Source of the DNA: Eledone cirrhosa
Taxonomy: Eukaryota
Direction: 5' to 3'
Length of the DNA stretch: 64,000 nt
Assembly: GCA_964016885.1 (NCBI GenBank)
Contig: OZ024740.1
Location: 366,420,001 to 366,484,000 of the forward strand
Positions within the stretch are counted from its first letter, which is position 1. Every line of letters starts with the position of its first letter. The position numbers were made by a program, and so were the translations under genes. Of this stretch, positions 12,800-26,900 are shown in pieces. Under the pieces are notes generated by a model. That model was given only the letters and a program-made list of their open reading frames with translations. It searched no databases and was not told the origin of the DNA.

Positions 12800-14960
12800 A
12801 ATGAGAAATGTTATTCTGTAAATCTCATGCAAATACTTTATGAACAAAGATTTATAACACAGACCTCAGAGACAGTGTTCTCTCAAAAAGTTAATGCTAA
12901 ACAGACAGGCCCATCTCTTAATGTTAACAAAAGCAAAATTAAAAGAGAATGGTGGACAAACGATGACTACATTGAAGTGTTATATGCAACACTGTACTCA
13001 AAACACACAGATATCATAAAAGTGACATATGAGCTATAAAGGTAAAAGAACAAAAACCTAAAGGAAAAATATTATAGTAAATACACTAGAAAATGTGTAA
13101 AGGTTTATTCTAGAGGAGGCTAAAGCATCCAAAATCAAAATAGACAAATCTATAGACAATATGCACTGAAGATAAAACAAAACATTTATCCACACAAAAC
13201 GGAAATAACACAAAAGATCCTCCTGTTCCCAAAACACATAAAACCTCACAAAAGAAAGAAAGGGACACAATACAGGCAACCACACATACACTAAGTGAGA
13301 ACCCAAACCAAATTACTACTATACAAGAAACAATCAGTACAGCAGATAAAAAAACATAGAAAAAGAAACAAGATAACAAAGACCACAAAATACTCATCAC
13401 AATACACAGGCACAACAATAATACACCATTAGCTCCACACCTAACTACAACCAGAATAATAACACACCATGACTGATCCAGCAGAATTAATGTTGAAGTG
13501 GAACTGGATGAAGCAATAAAGAAAACAAAAGAAGAGAATATCAGATAATCAATAAACAAGAATCAGCATAAAATACTTCCCTGAACTACAGTTTGATGAA
13601 ATATTAAATCTAATAGAGCCTTAAAAGAAGTAATGCTCAGGACAACTGACAGTCTCAATATCTATAGACTGATTGACCTTATCTATTCAGTAGCAGTAGT
13701 GATATCGGGAGATATTGGGTTTGACCCTAACTGGGATAAAAAACCCAACTAAACTCAAAGCCCTAAAATGAAAAGGAAATATAGTACAAAAATTGGAAAA
13801 CAAAAAAAGTCCTATCCTTACAGTGTGAACTAGAAAAAGCAGGATCCAGCATGAAAAAAAAGAAAAGGACCCAATAACAAATGGTAAAATACATATTAAA
13901 AAAGGGGGACCCATTGGTTGAAAAAGAAAACCTCAAAAGAGAGCATAGCTACAAAAAAATGCTACATAAATAACCATGAAAAGTGGAAATATTTCTTCCA
14001 AGAAAAAAAAAGAAAAATTGAGGTAAACACCAAATGATTCTACAGATATATCAACAACAACAAATACTAATAGAAGACACACCAACATCATCAGGAATTC
14101 AGACATATTTGGGGAGGGGGTATGGAGCAGAAGAAGCCAACATAATAAAAATGTACAATGGATAAGGAAGGAAGTGGAAGAGAAAAGCATGATAGTACAA
14201 CAAATATAGTTCAGCATTACCAACAAAGAATCCACTGGAAAACTGCTGGCCAACTGGAAAACACCAGGAATAGACATGTCCCTAACTTCAGGCTGAAACA
14301 CCTCACTAGTAATCATGGATACATATTGGCAGCATTTAATGAAATGATAAGCAAACCAAAAGTAAACCAGACTAAATGCTGGAGGACAAAACCATTCTAA
14401 CCACTCCCCACAAAATTATAGGTCTATAACATGCATGACAACACATATAACACCCTCACATGAATAATGTACAACTGGCTAGTTACGCATTTGGAAAGCA
14501 ACAATGTGTTACCAGAAGTACAAAAAAGGGTTCCAGAAAGAGATGTGTGGCTGAAAGAGTAGCTGCTGCTGAATCAGGCCATTATAAAAGATTGTAAAAA
14601 GAGGGAAACAAACCTCAGCATTGTCTGGATTGACTACCAGAAGACTTTTGATAGCACACCATACTCATAGATACTGGAGTCGATCCATATAAAAATAATA
14701 GCCCCATCACTGCTCAAATATATTAGTCATTATATGATAAAATAGAAAACTACCATAGTATTGAAAACTAGAGAAAAGACCTTTAAAACTAACCCTATAA
14801 TACCCTTGAAAGAGGAATTTTCCAAGAATTTTCTCATTATACCCCTTACTTTTTGCTTTGTTCTGACTGTGCTAGCAAATTGAAACCCCCATGGGGTCCA
14901 TATACTATGGACAAAATATAAATCATCTTCTGTATATGGATGACATAAACATTTTTTACA
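12800..14960 (+). pseudogene. Heavily decayed R4/Dong-like reverse transcriptase region
   Basis: A-rich. Manual translation near 14560-14690 gives LLLNQAIIKDCKKRETNLSIVWIDYQKTFDS, with RGIFQ near 14810 and YMDDI near 14935. Confidence 0.55.
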
Positions 14961-16519
14961 AGGAATAATGCCAAAGTAGAAAGTCTAAAAATTGTCCATA
15001 GTTCAAAAGAACAATTTTCACACATAGCACACATCCTATATAATTGTCGCCATTACTTGATTATTAGTTATTTTATCAACCTCAGAAGGATGATAAATGA
15101 AATCAACAGAGTATGGGTTTAAACTCAGAAAATAAAGTAGGCCTTGGCAGATTTAACTTTGGCCTTTCATCCTTCTGGTGTCTATAAACTATTACTAGTG
15201 AACCATTGGGGTCAATTTAATTGAGTAACTACTCCTCATAAATAATTAACCTCATGTACTAGTATACCACTAATAATCAGTAGGACCCTACAAATTCGAT
15301 ATTTTATACATTTCCCCATTTGTATTTTGTTGCACTTTTCTCTTAGTCTGTTGTAACTAGTTTAAAAGGAAAACAAATTTACAACAGCATCTAAGGTCCA
15401 GTTAATTGACTATAATACCTTCAACATCATCATCCTTGTTCTTATGTTGACCTTTCCATGCTGGTATAGATTGGATGGAACTTTTAGAGACAATATATTG
15501 TAGTTGGATGCCCATCCCATCACTAATCCTTTCAGTTGGTTGTTATGACATGCAGGGATTCGATGTACCTATTCTAAACTGGATTTACATGTCATTATAG
15601 AATAGAATACCATAATGCTTAGTAACACCTTGTCAAATGAAATCAATTTTTGGTGTCAACTGCTATAGGGATTATGGGAATACTGGTTGCCACAGTAACT
15701 GCTTGTTGAAGTAGTTGTACTAACTAATGACATACCCAGGTGTAGTATAGGTAACATGCACACTAATAGTTCTTAGTAATTTTTTTTAAATCAAAAACCC
15801 TCTTATTAAATACATACAACACTTGATATGAAGGTGTATGCGTGGCTTAGTGGTCATGAATTAAATTATCAGAGTGGGTGACATATTGTGTCCTTCAGTA
15901 AGACACTTTATTTCACATTGCTCCTGTCCATTCAGCTGGTAAAAATAAGTTGTATCTGTATTTCAAGTGGTCAGCCTTGTCACACATTATGTCACACTTA
16001 ATCTTCATGAGAACTATGTTAAGGGTACATATATCTGTAGAATGTTTAGCTATCTATACATTAATTTCCTGAAGAGGAAGTGTAGTTCATTGAATCAACT
16101 GAAGCATTCTTCATCAGAAATGATAGAGGACCAACAACACAGCTCATTAGGTGAAGCAATATTTTTATTCCCATCATATGCATTAATATCCCCATCCCTT
16201 AAAAATCTTCTATAATGTCCCCAGAGGTTGTTATAACCCTCTTTGGAAAATACTGAGCTAAAGCATACCAGCTATGATTACTGACCATAAAACTCATTCC
16301 TGGTCAATTTTCATTGGAAAAGCATACATTCAAGCTATTACATTTCATGTAGAAATTGACAGCATCATAAAGCTGGGCCAATGTTGCTATGGAGTTTAGC
16401 AAGCAATGCTTGCGACATAGAGTTTGTTGGCACGGCAACTGTGACCATAGCGATGTTCTAGGGAGGAAGTCAGCTATATCAGTTGGTTTATGTCAGTTTA
16501 TGTAGATGTTCACTCCAAT

Positions 16520-16670
<151 letters not shown>

Positions 16671-17849
16671 TATGCACACACATAAACTCTTACTATTTCT
16701 CTCTTTCCAAACTGACTATTTAAAAAAAATTTAACTAGCTGCCTATTTATTTATATTTCTGTTTCTTTCTATCTTATTTCTTCTCTCACTGATTTGTTGT
16801 TTTTCGGTTTGTCTGTCCATCCACCTATCTATATACTGTATCTCCCCCTCTCTCTTTATATATATATCGATCTATATACTGTATCTCTCCCCCTCTCTCT
16901 CTATCTATCTATACACTGAATCTTCCTCCTCCCTCTATCTATCTGTGTTTTTGTGTCTGTCTGCCTGTCCACCCATTTGTTTGTCTGTTTATCTATCCAC
17001 CTGTCTGCCTATCTATCTGTATGTGGATATTTCTTTCTCTTTCTCTCTTTCCACATACCCACACACATCCTCTCCAACCCACTCCCACATATATACTTAT
17101 ATATTGCCCTAAGGATTTCTCAAGGTTACCCTTAGGATGTAAAATAATGACTGATAAGTCTGATTACTGCTCAGCATTAAATCTACCCTAGTATCGAGTT
17201 CTCCTTTACTTGATTTCTAAACATCTAGGGGACATAGATGCCATTAACTATCTTCATTTAATATCTCTTTTCCCTACTAGCAAGAGTTGGATGGGTTGCC
17301 AGACCAAATCAATACTCAAACAGAGCTACAGATTTCTTAGATGTGCCGGGACACTGCATCTCATTTATATTCTTGCACTGTATTGAGTGCTCAGATGGGC
17401 AGAAGGCCCACATCTCACTTACAAGGCGTTCTCATGCTCTATGAATGCATTTTATCATTGTAACAGCCCTTAAGGATGCAGTCATGTCTTTGATACAGCT
17501 GAAGAGTCCTTTTGATCTTTAGTTTAGCAGGTTTTCTACAGCTGCGTACTCTTCCTGTCAACAACCACTTTACAGAATGTACTGTGTGTGTTTATCATGT
17601 AAATTACTCTCACTAGAGAGGTTGTAACGTTATTAACACACATTTTTCATTAATTTTTCATTTATTTTCTATTTATAATTTATTTTCTGTTTTCTTCATT
17701 TTATTGCCTTCTATTTCTTCATATGCATGGCAGAGCCCCCCACCCCCCCACCCCCCCACCACCACCACCACGAGAAATGGTGACAGGATGGATGAAGAAA
17801 CACACACAGATACTTCTAAATGTCAGCAGCAGCAAGACCTAGGCTGACC

Positions 17850-18262
17850 ACAACACCAACACCACTACCAAAATAAGGGTAGAGGTCAGATGTACTTAAC
17901 AATAGCAAAAACAAACACTACAGGTAGCCTCACCCCAGAAAGAATTTCTATAGACTTTTGACTGAGGAATGCTCTCAAAACTGACCAATGGGAGGAGTGA
18001 CCTTACAAATCTTTCTAACATTGAGATTGGGTATAACACACACATTTTATTTGATTATTTTATTTTGTTCCTTTACCATCTTATTCCTTCTACCACTTTA
18101 TCATTTTTTCTGAGCTCACTCCAACACCAACACCACTACCAACATAAGAGTCAGATGTACTTAACAATAACAAGAACAACCACTACAGATTGCCTCGCCT
18201 CAGAACGAATTTCTATAGACTTTTGACTGAGGAATGTTCTCACAACTGACCAACGAGAGGAG
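17850..18262 (+). repeat. Local diverged direct duplication (~140 bp; 17850-17998 vs 18122-18262)
   Basis: Both copies contain CAACACCAACACCACTACCAA...GTCAGATGTACTTAACAATA...GAATTTCTATAGACTTTTGACTGAGGAATG. Confidence 0.8.
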
Positions 18263-18418
18263 AAGATGTCCTTTGACGCTGAAATTCGTTTGTTTAAATT
18301 CATATGATTCCAGTTCCTCAGTGAAATAACAACCCAACCAGGAACTGGGCATATCAGAGTATTGACAAAGTTAAACACCTCAACAACATATGTACTCGTC
18401 TCTACCACACTAATTCGG

Positions 18419-18473
18419 ACTGCCTGAAGAGGTCACAGCCAAAGATGGCTGTCACCGAAATATATATAGCAGT
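18419..18473 (+). ncRNA. Type I hammerhead ribozyme motif (intact core)
   Basis: ACTGC-CTGAAGA-GGT c ACAGCCA aaga TGGCTGT c ACC-GAAA-TATATA-TA-GCAGT. Stems I and II pair and stem III is palindromic. Confidence 0.85.
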
Positions 18474-19035
18474 AATAAACGAAGCCAAATTTTAAACATT
18501 TGACTTATTTATTTTATTTTACATTACTCCGGAGTAACCAAACCAGACTGCGCACTTCGTCGAGTGCTCCAATCTGCATACTGAGATGTTAGTATACAAC
18601 CAACATATAATAAAAAAATAAAAAAATAATATATATATATATATGACACAAAATCAGGATAGTTGGAAGTATGCCAAAATACAAAATACAAAAGACCTAC
18701 CCACCTATAACACTGCCACACTAAAACATAAATACAGAAATTGGAGGTTACAGTGTTGGCAATCGAATGGAGACAATATAAAGTTTGAGACAACTTTTCA
18801 TTTTGGATGAACATATGACAACCTCTATAGGGCTGGTTCTCATGATAAAATGCACCCAGTAAACCCTGTAAGGTAGTTGGTATTATGAAGGGCATCCAAC
18901 AGCAGAAACCATGCCAAGTATGGAGCATATAAACAAGATAGAGGTCATTCTGACATGTCTAGCCTCAGACTGTGACAATCCATCCAATCTATACCAGCAT
19001 GAAAAGCAGACATAAAATGCTATCATTACTTGTCT

Positions 19036-19215
19036 AGGTGAATTGGTAGTATTGGTTGAGGGTCAGACATGCTTTCCAGCGTAGTTACGTCCCTTTACGA
19101 TCTGAGTTCAAATCCCACCGAGGTTAACTTTGCCTTTCATCCTTACGGGGTCGATAAAATAAAGTACCAGTAATGAACTGGGTAATTGCTGGCCTTGTGC
19201 CAAAAGTAGAAACAA
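19036..19215 (+). mobile_element. tRNA-derived SINE family A
   Basis: B-box-like GAGTTCAAATCC. Flanking TSD ATTACTTGTCTAG. Confidence 0.88.
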
Positions 19216-20002
19216 TTACTTGTCTAGTGGGATAAAGAACAATAATATATATTTTTTGTTGGTGTTCATTTTCTAATTTCTGAGTACAACCCAGAGACAA
19301 CTTTCCTTATTTCATAGATGATATATATACCTATATATGATATATCCATTGTAAAAGGTTCTGTGCTTATTCCTAAATCTGGTAGAACAGGGAAACCGTT
19401 TTGACATCATTACCTCTAGGTTCCCTTCCGAATAGTTCACTGAAGTGTAATAGTCACTTTTTCAAATTATCAACCTTGTTGTTCCCTTTTTACACACGCT
19501 TCTCAGATTTTCTGCCACCAATTTCATTAACAAGTTTCTAGCACTCTGTGTGTTTGTTTCTTGAATTTGCTGCTTCGATTCACTGAACCATGCTTTTGAA
19601 TTCTTCCTTTGTATGTTGTTGTATGCAGCCTCCAGATTTTCTTTTCCTTGTTTTAATGTAATGAGATTTTTCTGGCATTCAGCGAAGGCACCTTGTATTC
19701 TCCACCTAGAAAATTCAACTCAGGGATCTTAAAAAGTTATTTTTTATTCCATTTCTTTTCCTTGTTTGTATGAGCTTTTTGGTAGTCTCATCATATGCCT
19801 GTATTAAGTGCTAGTAACTCACAGTTGCTGTATGTCATACAGCACTTAGCTCATAGAATCAGTTGTTAATACAGACAGATGATTGTTCTTGTAGGTTAGA
19901 CTCCCTAAGGGCTTTCCAGTTGTATATAGTTTGGTGTTTTGCTTGGGTGGTGTTTTGATTGAACTGATGCTAAGTTTGACACATGCTGACAAGATGCAAT
20001 AA

Positions 20003-22100
20003 CACCGTGTAACATATTTTTTGTTCCCCGGTTCTAAGTGTCATTTCATGGTTTGTTATATCCCACTATTATAAAAAACACACAATTATTTAATCAGAAG
20101 TTTGGGTTTGTGATCAGGAGTTTGATATTTCGAAATTTTCATATTTTTCAAGAAAAAACACATTTTTTTTAAATTTATCAGTTCATATAATTAAATCAAC
20201 AGAGTATATATCTATTTTATTACACAAGCTTATCAAAAGCAAACAAGTAAAAACAAATAACACTTATAAAGCAACTTATACACATCAAAAATTACAGGAT
20301 TTCCTGGATTTGCGGTTGTAGTCCAGGTCGCATTCCCGCACTAGCCCCCAGATATAGTCTCCCATCATTTTTTCATTGTAGTGGCCCTGGTACCTCCGCT
20401 CTATCTCTTTCACATCTTGGTGGAATCGTTCGCCTTGTTCTTCTGAGTAGGCGCCCATATTGTCCTTGAATTTTCCAGGTGGGCGTCCAGCATATGGAGT
20501 TTAAGCGACATCCTACATCCCATGGTGCCAAAAGCCTTTATCAGATCCTGCACCAGTTGCTGGTAGTTTTCAGCTCTGTAGTTGCCCAGGAAGCCCTTAA
20601 CAACTGCCTTGAAACAGTTCCATGCTGTTCTCTCAATCCTATTGAGCTTATTGGAGAACTCGGTAGACTCAAATACCTTCTTTATCTGAGGTCCAACAAA
20701 AATTCCAGCTTTGAATTTGGCCTCAGATAACTTGAGGAAGAACTCAAGGAGGTACTTAAAAGCGGCTGATTCTTGGTTGAGAACCTTCACAAACTGCTTC
20801 ATCAACCCCAACTTAATGTGCAGTGGCGGCATGAGCACAATCCTGGGATCAACCAGTGGCTCCCACATGACGTTCCGGGTCCCAAATACAAATTCTGTTC
20901 GCTGCTCCCAGTTCTTTCTTTTGTAGTGGTCAGAGGTGGCTCGGCTGTCCCAAAGGCAGAGGAAGCATTGGAATTTGATAAAGCCTCCTTGGAGTTGAAG
21001 CAGGAAAGCCACCATCTTGAAGTCTCCAATGATTTCCCAATTGTACTGGTTGTATTGTAGAGCTTCCAAGAGGACTTTCACACTGTAGTAATCTTCCTTC
21101 AGACAGACTGAATGAGCTAGGGGAAGTGTCGGGAACTTGTTTCCATTGTGGAGGAAGACAGCCTTCAAACTTGTGGTGGAGCTGTCTATAAATAGCCGCC
21201 ACTCCTTGGGCACAAATGGCACCCCAATAACGTCAAATAGTCCAGACACGTCATGGCAGAAGCAGAGGCCATCCCTAAGAGTGTAAAAGGTTTGCGTCGA
21301 CTTCTCTGACTTGTCACCTGCACTTCCTCCTTGACCAAGTTCCACTGCTTCATCCTGGAGACGAATAGCTCTGCATTGGACTTGGTCAGACCCATATCCC
21401 CGACCAAGTCATTGACTTCTTTTTGGTTTGGGAAGTGAGGAACTTTTTCTGGTACCCCAGGCAGGTAATCCAAGTCCTCAGCATCCATCTCCTCCTCTTC
21501 ATCAGAATACTTGTCTTGGAAAATAAATTTGATATACAATACAAAATAAATATTGGAAAGGGAAATACATATTTAAATAATATAAAAGAACACTAATCAT
21601 ACTAATGAAAATTCGTGCTTAAAACACAACTTACCCTTTATTCAGGGTGCAAAAATCCAGTATCAATAAATCTCTTTAATCCACTTTTTAACAATTTTAT
21701 ACTTTATTGTACTTTTATAATTTTCTTTAGGTATTACTCTTTATTTTATCATTTTAATTTAACCGGAAACATATATAAAAAAATCATTTAACATAAACAT
21801 ATATAAAAAAAATCATTTAACATAAGCAAATTAAACTTACATACAACGTTAAATCCAGCATACAAATCATTCTAGTGAATAGCTTAGAATTTTTACAAAC
21901 CCAAACTTTTACCTGTTTAATAGCACTTTTTTTTAAATTTGGGGCCTAAGCAACACAAAAAAAGTGATTACAAGCCAGGAAAAGAGAAAAAAAAATTTTT
22001 TGTTACAAGAACTCCAGTTCAGATTATAATCTGAACTGGATCTGGAAAAACTGTTGTATGCTTCTACATTTTTGATGGAGTTCTTTTACTTTTAGTAAAT
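20003..22100 (-). mobile_element. Decayed CMC/Chapaev3-like DNA transposon with frameshifted transposase
   Basis: ORFs 21186..21539 and 20410..21345 have WRLFIDSS..SLKAVFLHNGN, GDFK, CFLCLWDSRA, PPLHIKLGLMKQFVK and MSLKLH. Terminus CACCGTGTAAC at 20003. Family assigned from recalled motifs. Confidence 0.75.
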
Positions 22101-22586
22101 ATAAACAATCTGTGTTTTTCTGTCAGGTCATGGGTTTGATCCCACTGCATAGCACTTTGGTCATGTGTAATGTACCATAGCCTTGTATTGAGCAAGGCCT
22201 TGTGAGTGAAATTGTATAGACAGAAACTGTTTAGAAGCCTTTTGGATAGACTGTACCAGAAATGCAACAGACCAGCTATGTTATACACTGTTTCACACTG
22301 GATTTCCTTTAGAATTACATTAAGTGTCTGTGAACTACTTAGAGCCACCAAGTCTGAAAACTAAAATATATTGTCATACGTCAACTTCAACTTCATCTCA
22401 GCATCTATGGATGTTTTAAATAGCTATCATGACTCTCCCACCATAACCAATTATTTACCTGTTATTCTCTTTATGTATTTCATTTTTCTTTTACTTCCTA
22501 TTCCTCTCTCTATCATTCTGTATTTAATTCTTTATCTCTGAATCTGTTCCTTACCTCTTTCTGACTCTTGTCTTTGTTATTATTAT

Positions 22587-22627
<41 letters not shown>

Positions 22628-23077
22628 TTTCTTAAGTGTACACGCATGGTCACACATATCCATGGTCACACACACTTTCACATCATCTAATTCCTGCTCT
22701 ACTCAACAAGTCTCTTTAGATGAAATCTGTCAATCTGTCTTTGATGATATGTTGTTGATTATTTAGTCTCAGGTCATCTCTGGTCAAGCAGCTTCATGCT
22801 CAAAGTTATACAGTCCTGACTAGCACAACATACCTTTAGACACAGTGTATCTAGCACTATATTATTCTATGTATCCCTGGTTGTACAAAGCTGTTTATCT
22901 TAATGTTTATATTTAAATAAAAACATTTTATCATAATTTTATGCAAGAACATTTGTTAGATTATGCTTCAAACACTAGCTTAAAAATGACTGAATCTCTT
23001 ATATATTGAATCCCTCGATATTCTTTATTATTTTCAAAATTATTCAAAATTTATTGGCAGTGTTTTTCATGAGAAAT

Positions 23078-23670
23078 CATCATCATCATCATCATCACCG
23101 TTTTACGTCCGTTCTTCCACGCTAGCATGGGTTAGACGGGTTGTCCTGTTGTGGGCAGTGTCTGGTCGGCTGACCATGCCTTGCTCATACAGGAACTGAT
23201 CTGGCTTGATTTCTACAGCTGGATGCCCTTCCTAACACCAACCTCATTTACAGTGAGTGCTGGGTGCTTTTTCGTGGCGCCTACACGTCCACTTTACAGT
23301 GTGGGCTGGGTGCTTTTTTGCCGTGGCACCTCCACGACCACCTTGCGGTGGGGGGGGGGGGGGCATATTGTTTATATGCTTCAGCATGTACCCATGGGAG
23401 GTCGGGTACCCTGTATTACTGCGTGACGCCAGAAGTCACGGTCGTGTGTCATTGACTTTGAGAGGTGTAGTTGGGTAAGGTCGGCTTTTATCACCTCATC
23501 CCAAGTCATCTTGGGTCTCCCCACTCCGCGGTTTCCATCAACTTCTAGTGCTCTGCACCTTTTTATGCAGCTGTCATCCTTCATACGCATCACATGTCCA
23601 TACCAGCGTAACCGCCTCTCCTGCACGCAGCATTTGATTCCTCTTATGCTCAGTCTCTCTCTCAATTCAT
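23078..23670 (-). mobile_element. RTE LINE 3' fragment
   Basis: ORF 23381..23665 (RRLRWYGHVMRM..GRPKMTW), UTR and (CAT)n tail. Confidence 0.88.
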
Positions 23671-26596
23671 TTCATTTATGGTAACAAAATGGTTATGTTA
23701 GAGAGTGATATAATCCTCAGGTCCCATTTTTTCATAGTTTTTGTGCTAAATGCTTTAATACTATAGTACTATACTACTTTTAATTTTGATGAATGACTAG
23801 CTGTTTAAGGTTGATTTAATTATCAGAATAATTTCAAGATCTAATATACATTATAGTAAATGCTTGCAAGCTTTCAATTTTGACTCAGTGATTCTGCACT
23901 TGTTATATAGCTATAGTACTCTATATTGCTATATATTACCTTCACCTGTTATTTATAATTGTTTATGGTTGATCCAATATCTAGAATACTTCTAAGAACC
24001 AAGGAACTAATAAAGGAATCAAATTGAATGGTAACAGGGAAGACTTATTTCATATTTGTTGGATGCTAATTAAAAGATGTCATTCTATTTCTCTATTCTG
24101 ATGCATTCAAATCAGTAGAGCATCGCATATGATATATAGTGAGTTGAAAAACGTCAATTAACTAAAATTATCCAAACAATTACTACAGCTGTCGCTTGCA
24201 ATCGAGCATGACTTGGTAGTATGTACCATATTTATGTGTAAGGGTTTTAGGTGCCCATGCTATCACAAGCAAACACAGACACCCTCTTGATCCTCCCTCT
24301 CTTGATCCAATGGAAAATACAGGATGTGACAACTGGAAAGAAAGACAACTGAGCAGGTACTTTCTTTATTGAACTGAAGAGGGTGAAAGGAAAAGTGGGC
24401 CTTGGTGGGATTTGAACTCAAAATGAAGAGACCTGGAATGAATATCCAATGCTTTCAGGACTCTGCCAAATCGACCACTTTATCCAAACAATTATTAGAC
24501 AAAAAACTCCACATACAGAGTGTTCAAAAATCCCCAAACAAGAGAGATAACTAATAACATTAGTTGGACATTTTCGGACAGTACAGACAATGTAGTTTGG
24601 AGCAGATCTGGGTTTTAAAACCAACTGGAGAAAGCAATATCTTATTTTGTTCCCATTTAGAAACCCCTATCCAATGAAGAATACTCTATTCTGTTGTCGA
24701 ACCCAAGTATCTATAGCCTCAGGTTGATCCATGTTTTAGCATGAAATTGGGTACACAAAAACTGTATGGAAGCCCATCAAATAGATTGTACCTGTAAATC
24801 AAAGGTCTTGCTTTGCCAGATTGTGTCACACTGATTTACCTGGGAATTTTATTAAAAGTACAAGTATCTATTGAATACTTAGCTACTTACATTTGAAACC
24901 TTTTGATATTAAATCAACTGAAACTGCCTCTGATTCCCCAATATATGATTGTTTGTTTTAAAGTGTTATATTTATCTAAACACATTTCATCATAATTTTA
25001 TGTAAGAAACTTTAAGTTATAATTCAAATACCAGCTTAAAGATAAATCCTTCTAAATCCTTAATTATTTAAAAACTTAATTGAAAATCAGAGGCAGTGTT
25101 TTTCATTATAAATATAGAAAATAAAGGGTTAGTTTAACAGAACAGTGGATGGAACAACTGAATGCTCATTGTGGAAACAAAGACATGTACACAAACACAC
25201 ACACAAGGGTGAATAATGACATAAGCAATCAAATACACATAATACACATACATGTGTCACACTGCCATACACATATATATGCACACACACCCACACACAG
25301 ATACCCACAATGATTGCCAAAATTATAGATGCTCAGAATTACATAAGAAATCAAATGTTCATAAAACATATACATACACGTTACTCATACACACACACAC
25401 AACCACACATGTATGCACTCATACAGGCACGGGCACACTTACCAGATCTGCCAACCTCTAAAAACCCAAATAGGGAGTATCATAAAAAAGTGCCCCAAAA
25501 TGGGGAGAAATGATACAAAATGGGAAGATTTTACATAATGAATGCTGTACCCATTTTCACAAGAGAAGACATCTCTCACCCACCTCAAAGTGGATGGGAG
25601 ATCTCCCCATCGGACAGGGAGAGTTGACAGGTCTGTACTTACACATGTTACTCACACAGACACAGGCACACATATGTGCACTCACTTACCCAGACACAGA
25701 TACTCACTGATGAAGGATCCATTCTTACCTTGAATTTTACAGAAGACTGGGGCAGTGGATTGGCAGACAAAATGCTTTTTACATTCTGAGTTCAAATCCT
25801 GCCAAGGTTAGCTTTGCTTTTCATCCTTACAGAATTGATAAAATAAAGTAAAGCACTGGGGTGGATATACTCAATTTTCCCCTCTCCTTCAAATTGCTGG
25901 CCATGTGCCAAAAATAGAAACAATTATTAAGGTCAGTAGGTTGGCAGAGTTGTTTCTGCTCTTAACATTCTGAGTTGAAATCCTGCTGAGGTCAACTTTG
26001 TCTTTCATCCTCCCAGGGTCAATAAAATAAAGTTCCAGTTAAGTACTGGGGTTGATGTAATTAATTTCCCCTTCCCCTAAATTGTTGGCCTTGTGTCAAT
26101 GCTAGAAAGAATTATTACATTGTGTATTATATATTTGTGATTTCTGTTTTACATTTCTCTATCTATTCCATCCATTTCATTTTTCCTTTTCTTTTGTTGC
26201 TGCTTTCACAGTCCATGTCTGCACTTTGCACCATAACTTCAGCTATTGATACTTATTGGATTTCAGTATCTACCAACTCTTCAATGCTGACTATAGTTGA
26301 CATTTCGTGGCCTTCAGCCATTGACAGCTCTTCAACATTGGCTATGGCTGACATTTTTTACTCTTCAAGTGGGTGTGGGAGAAACCATCTTGTCAGTATT
26401 ATACTGCTTACAGACAACAAAGTTTCCCTTTATCATCATTTGTTCAAACACATTGGTTCTCTTCCCCATACAAACAACAGTTAATAGTGTTTAATATATA
26501 TTTTATTCTTTTACTTGTTTTAGTCATTCCACTGTGGCCATGCTGAAGGTACTTATTTCATTAATCTCTGTTTGTCTAACTGCTAAGTTATGAGTT

Positions 26597-26900
26597 CATC
26601 ATCATCATCATCATCACCGTTTAACGTTCATGTTTCCACGCTGGCATGGGTTAGACGAGTTATCCTATTGTGAGTAATACCAGGTCAGGTGACCATGTCT
26701 TGCTCATACAGAACTGTTTTGGGCTTGGTTTCAATGGCTAGATGCCCTTCCTAATGCCAACTTCATTTATAGTGAGTACTAGATGCTTTTTGTTGTGACG
26801 CCTACACAACCACTTCACAGTGTGGACTGGGTGCTTTTTGTCATGATACCTACATGATCACTTTACAGTGTGGACTGGGTTTTTTTTGTTGTGACACCTA
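26597..26900 (-). mobile_element. RTE 3'UTR fragment
   Basis: (CAT)n tail plus sequence similar to 23090-23340. Confidence 0.7.

Noticed and set aside
19385-19470. Hammerhead-like traces (also ~5025-5080 minus and ~50705-50770 plus)
   Set aside because: Require several core mutations and have weak stems, so they are compatible with chance.
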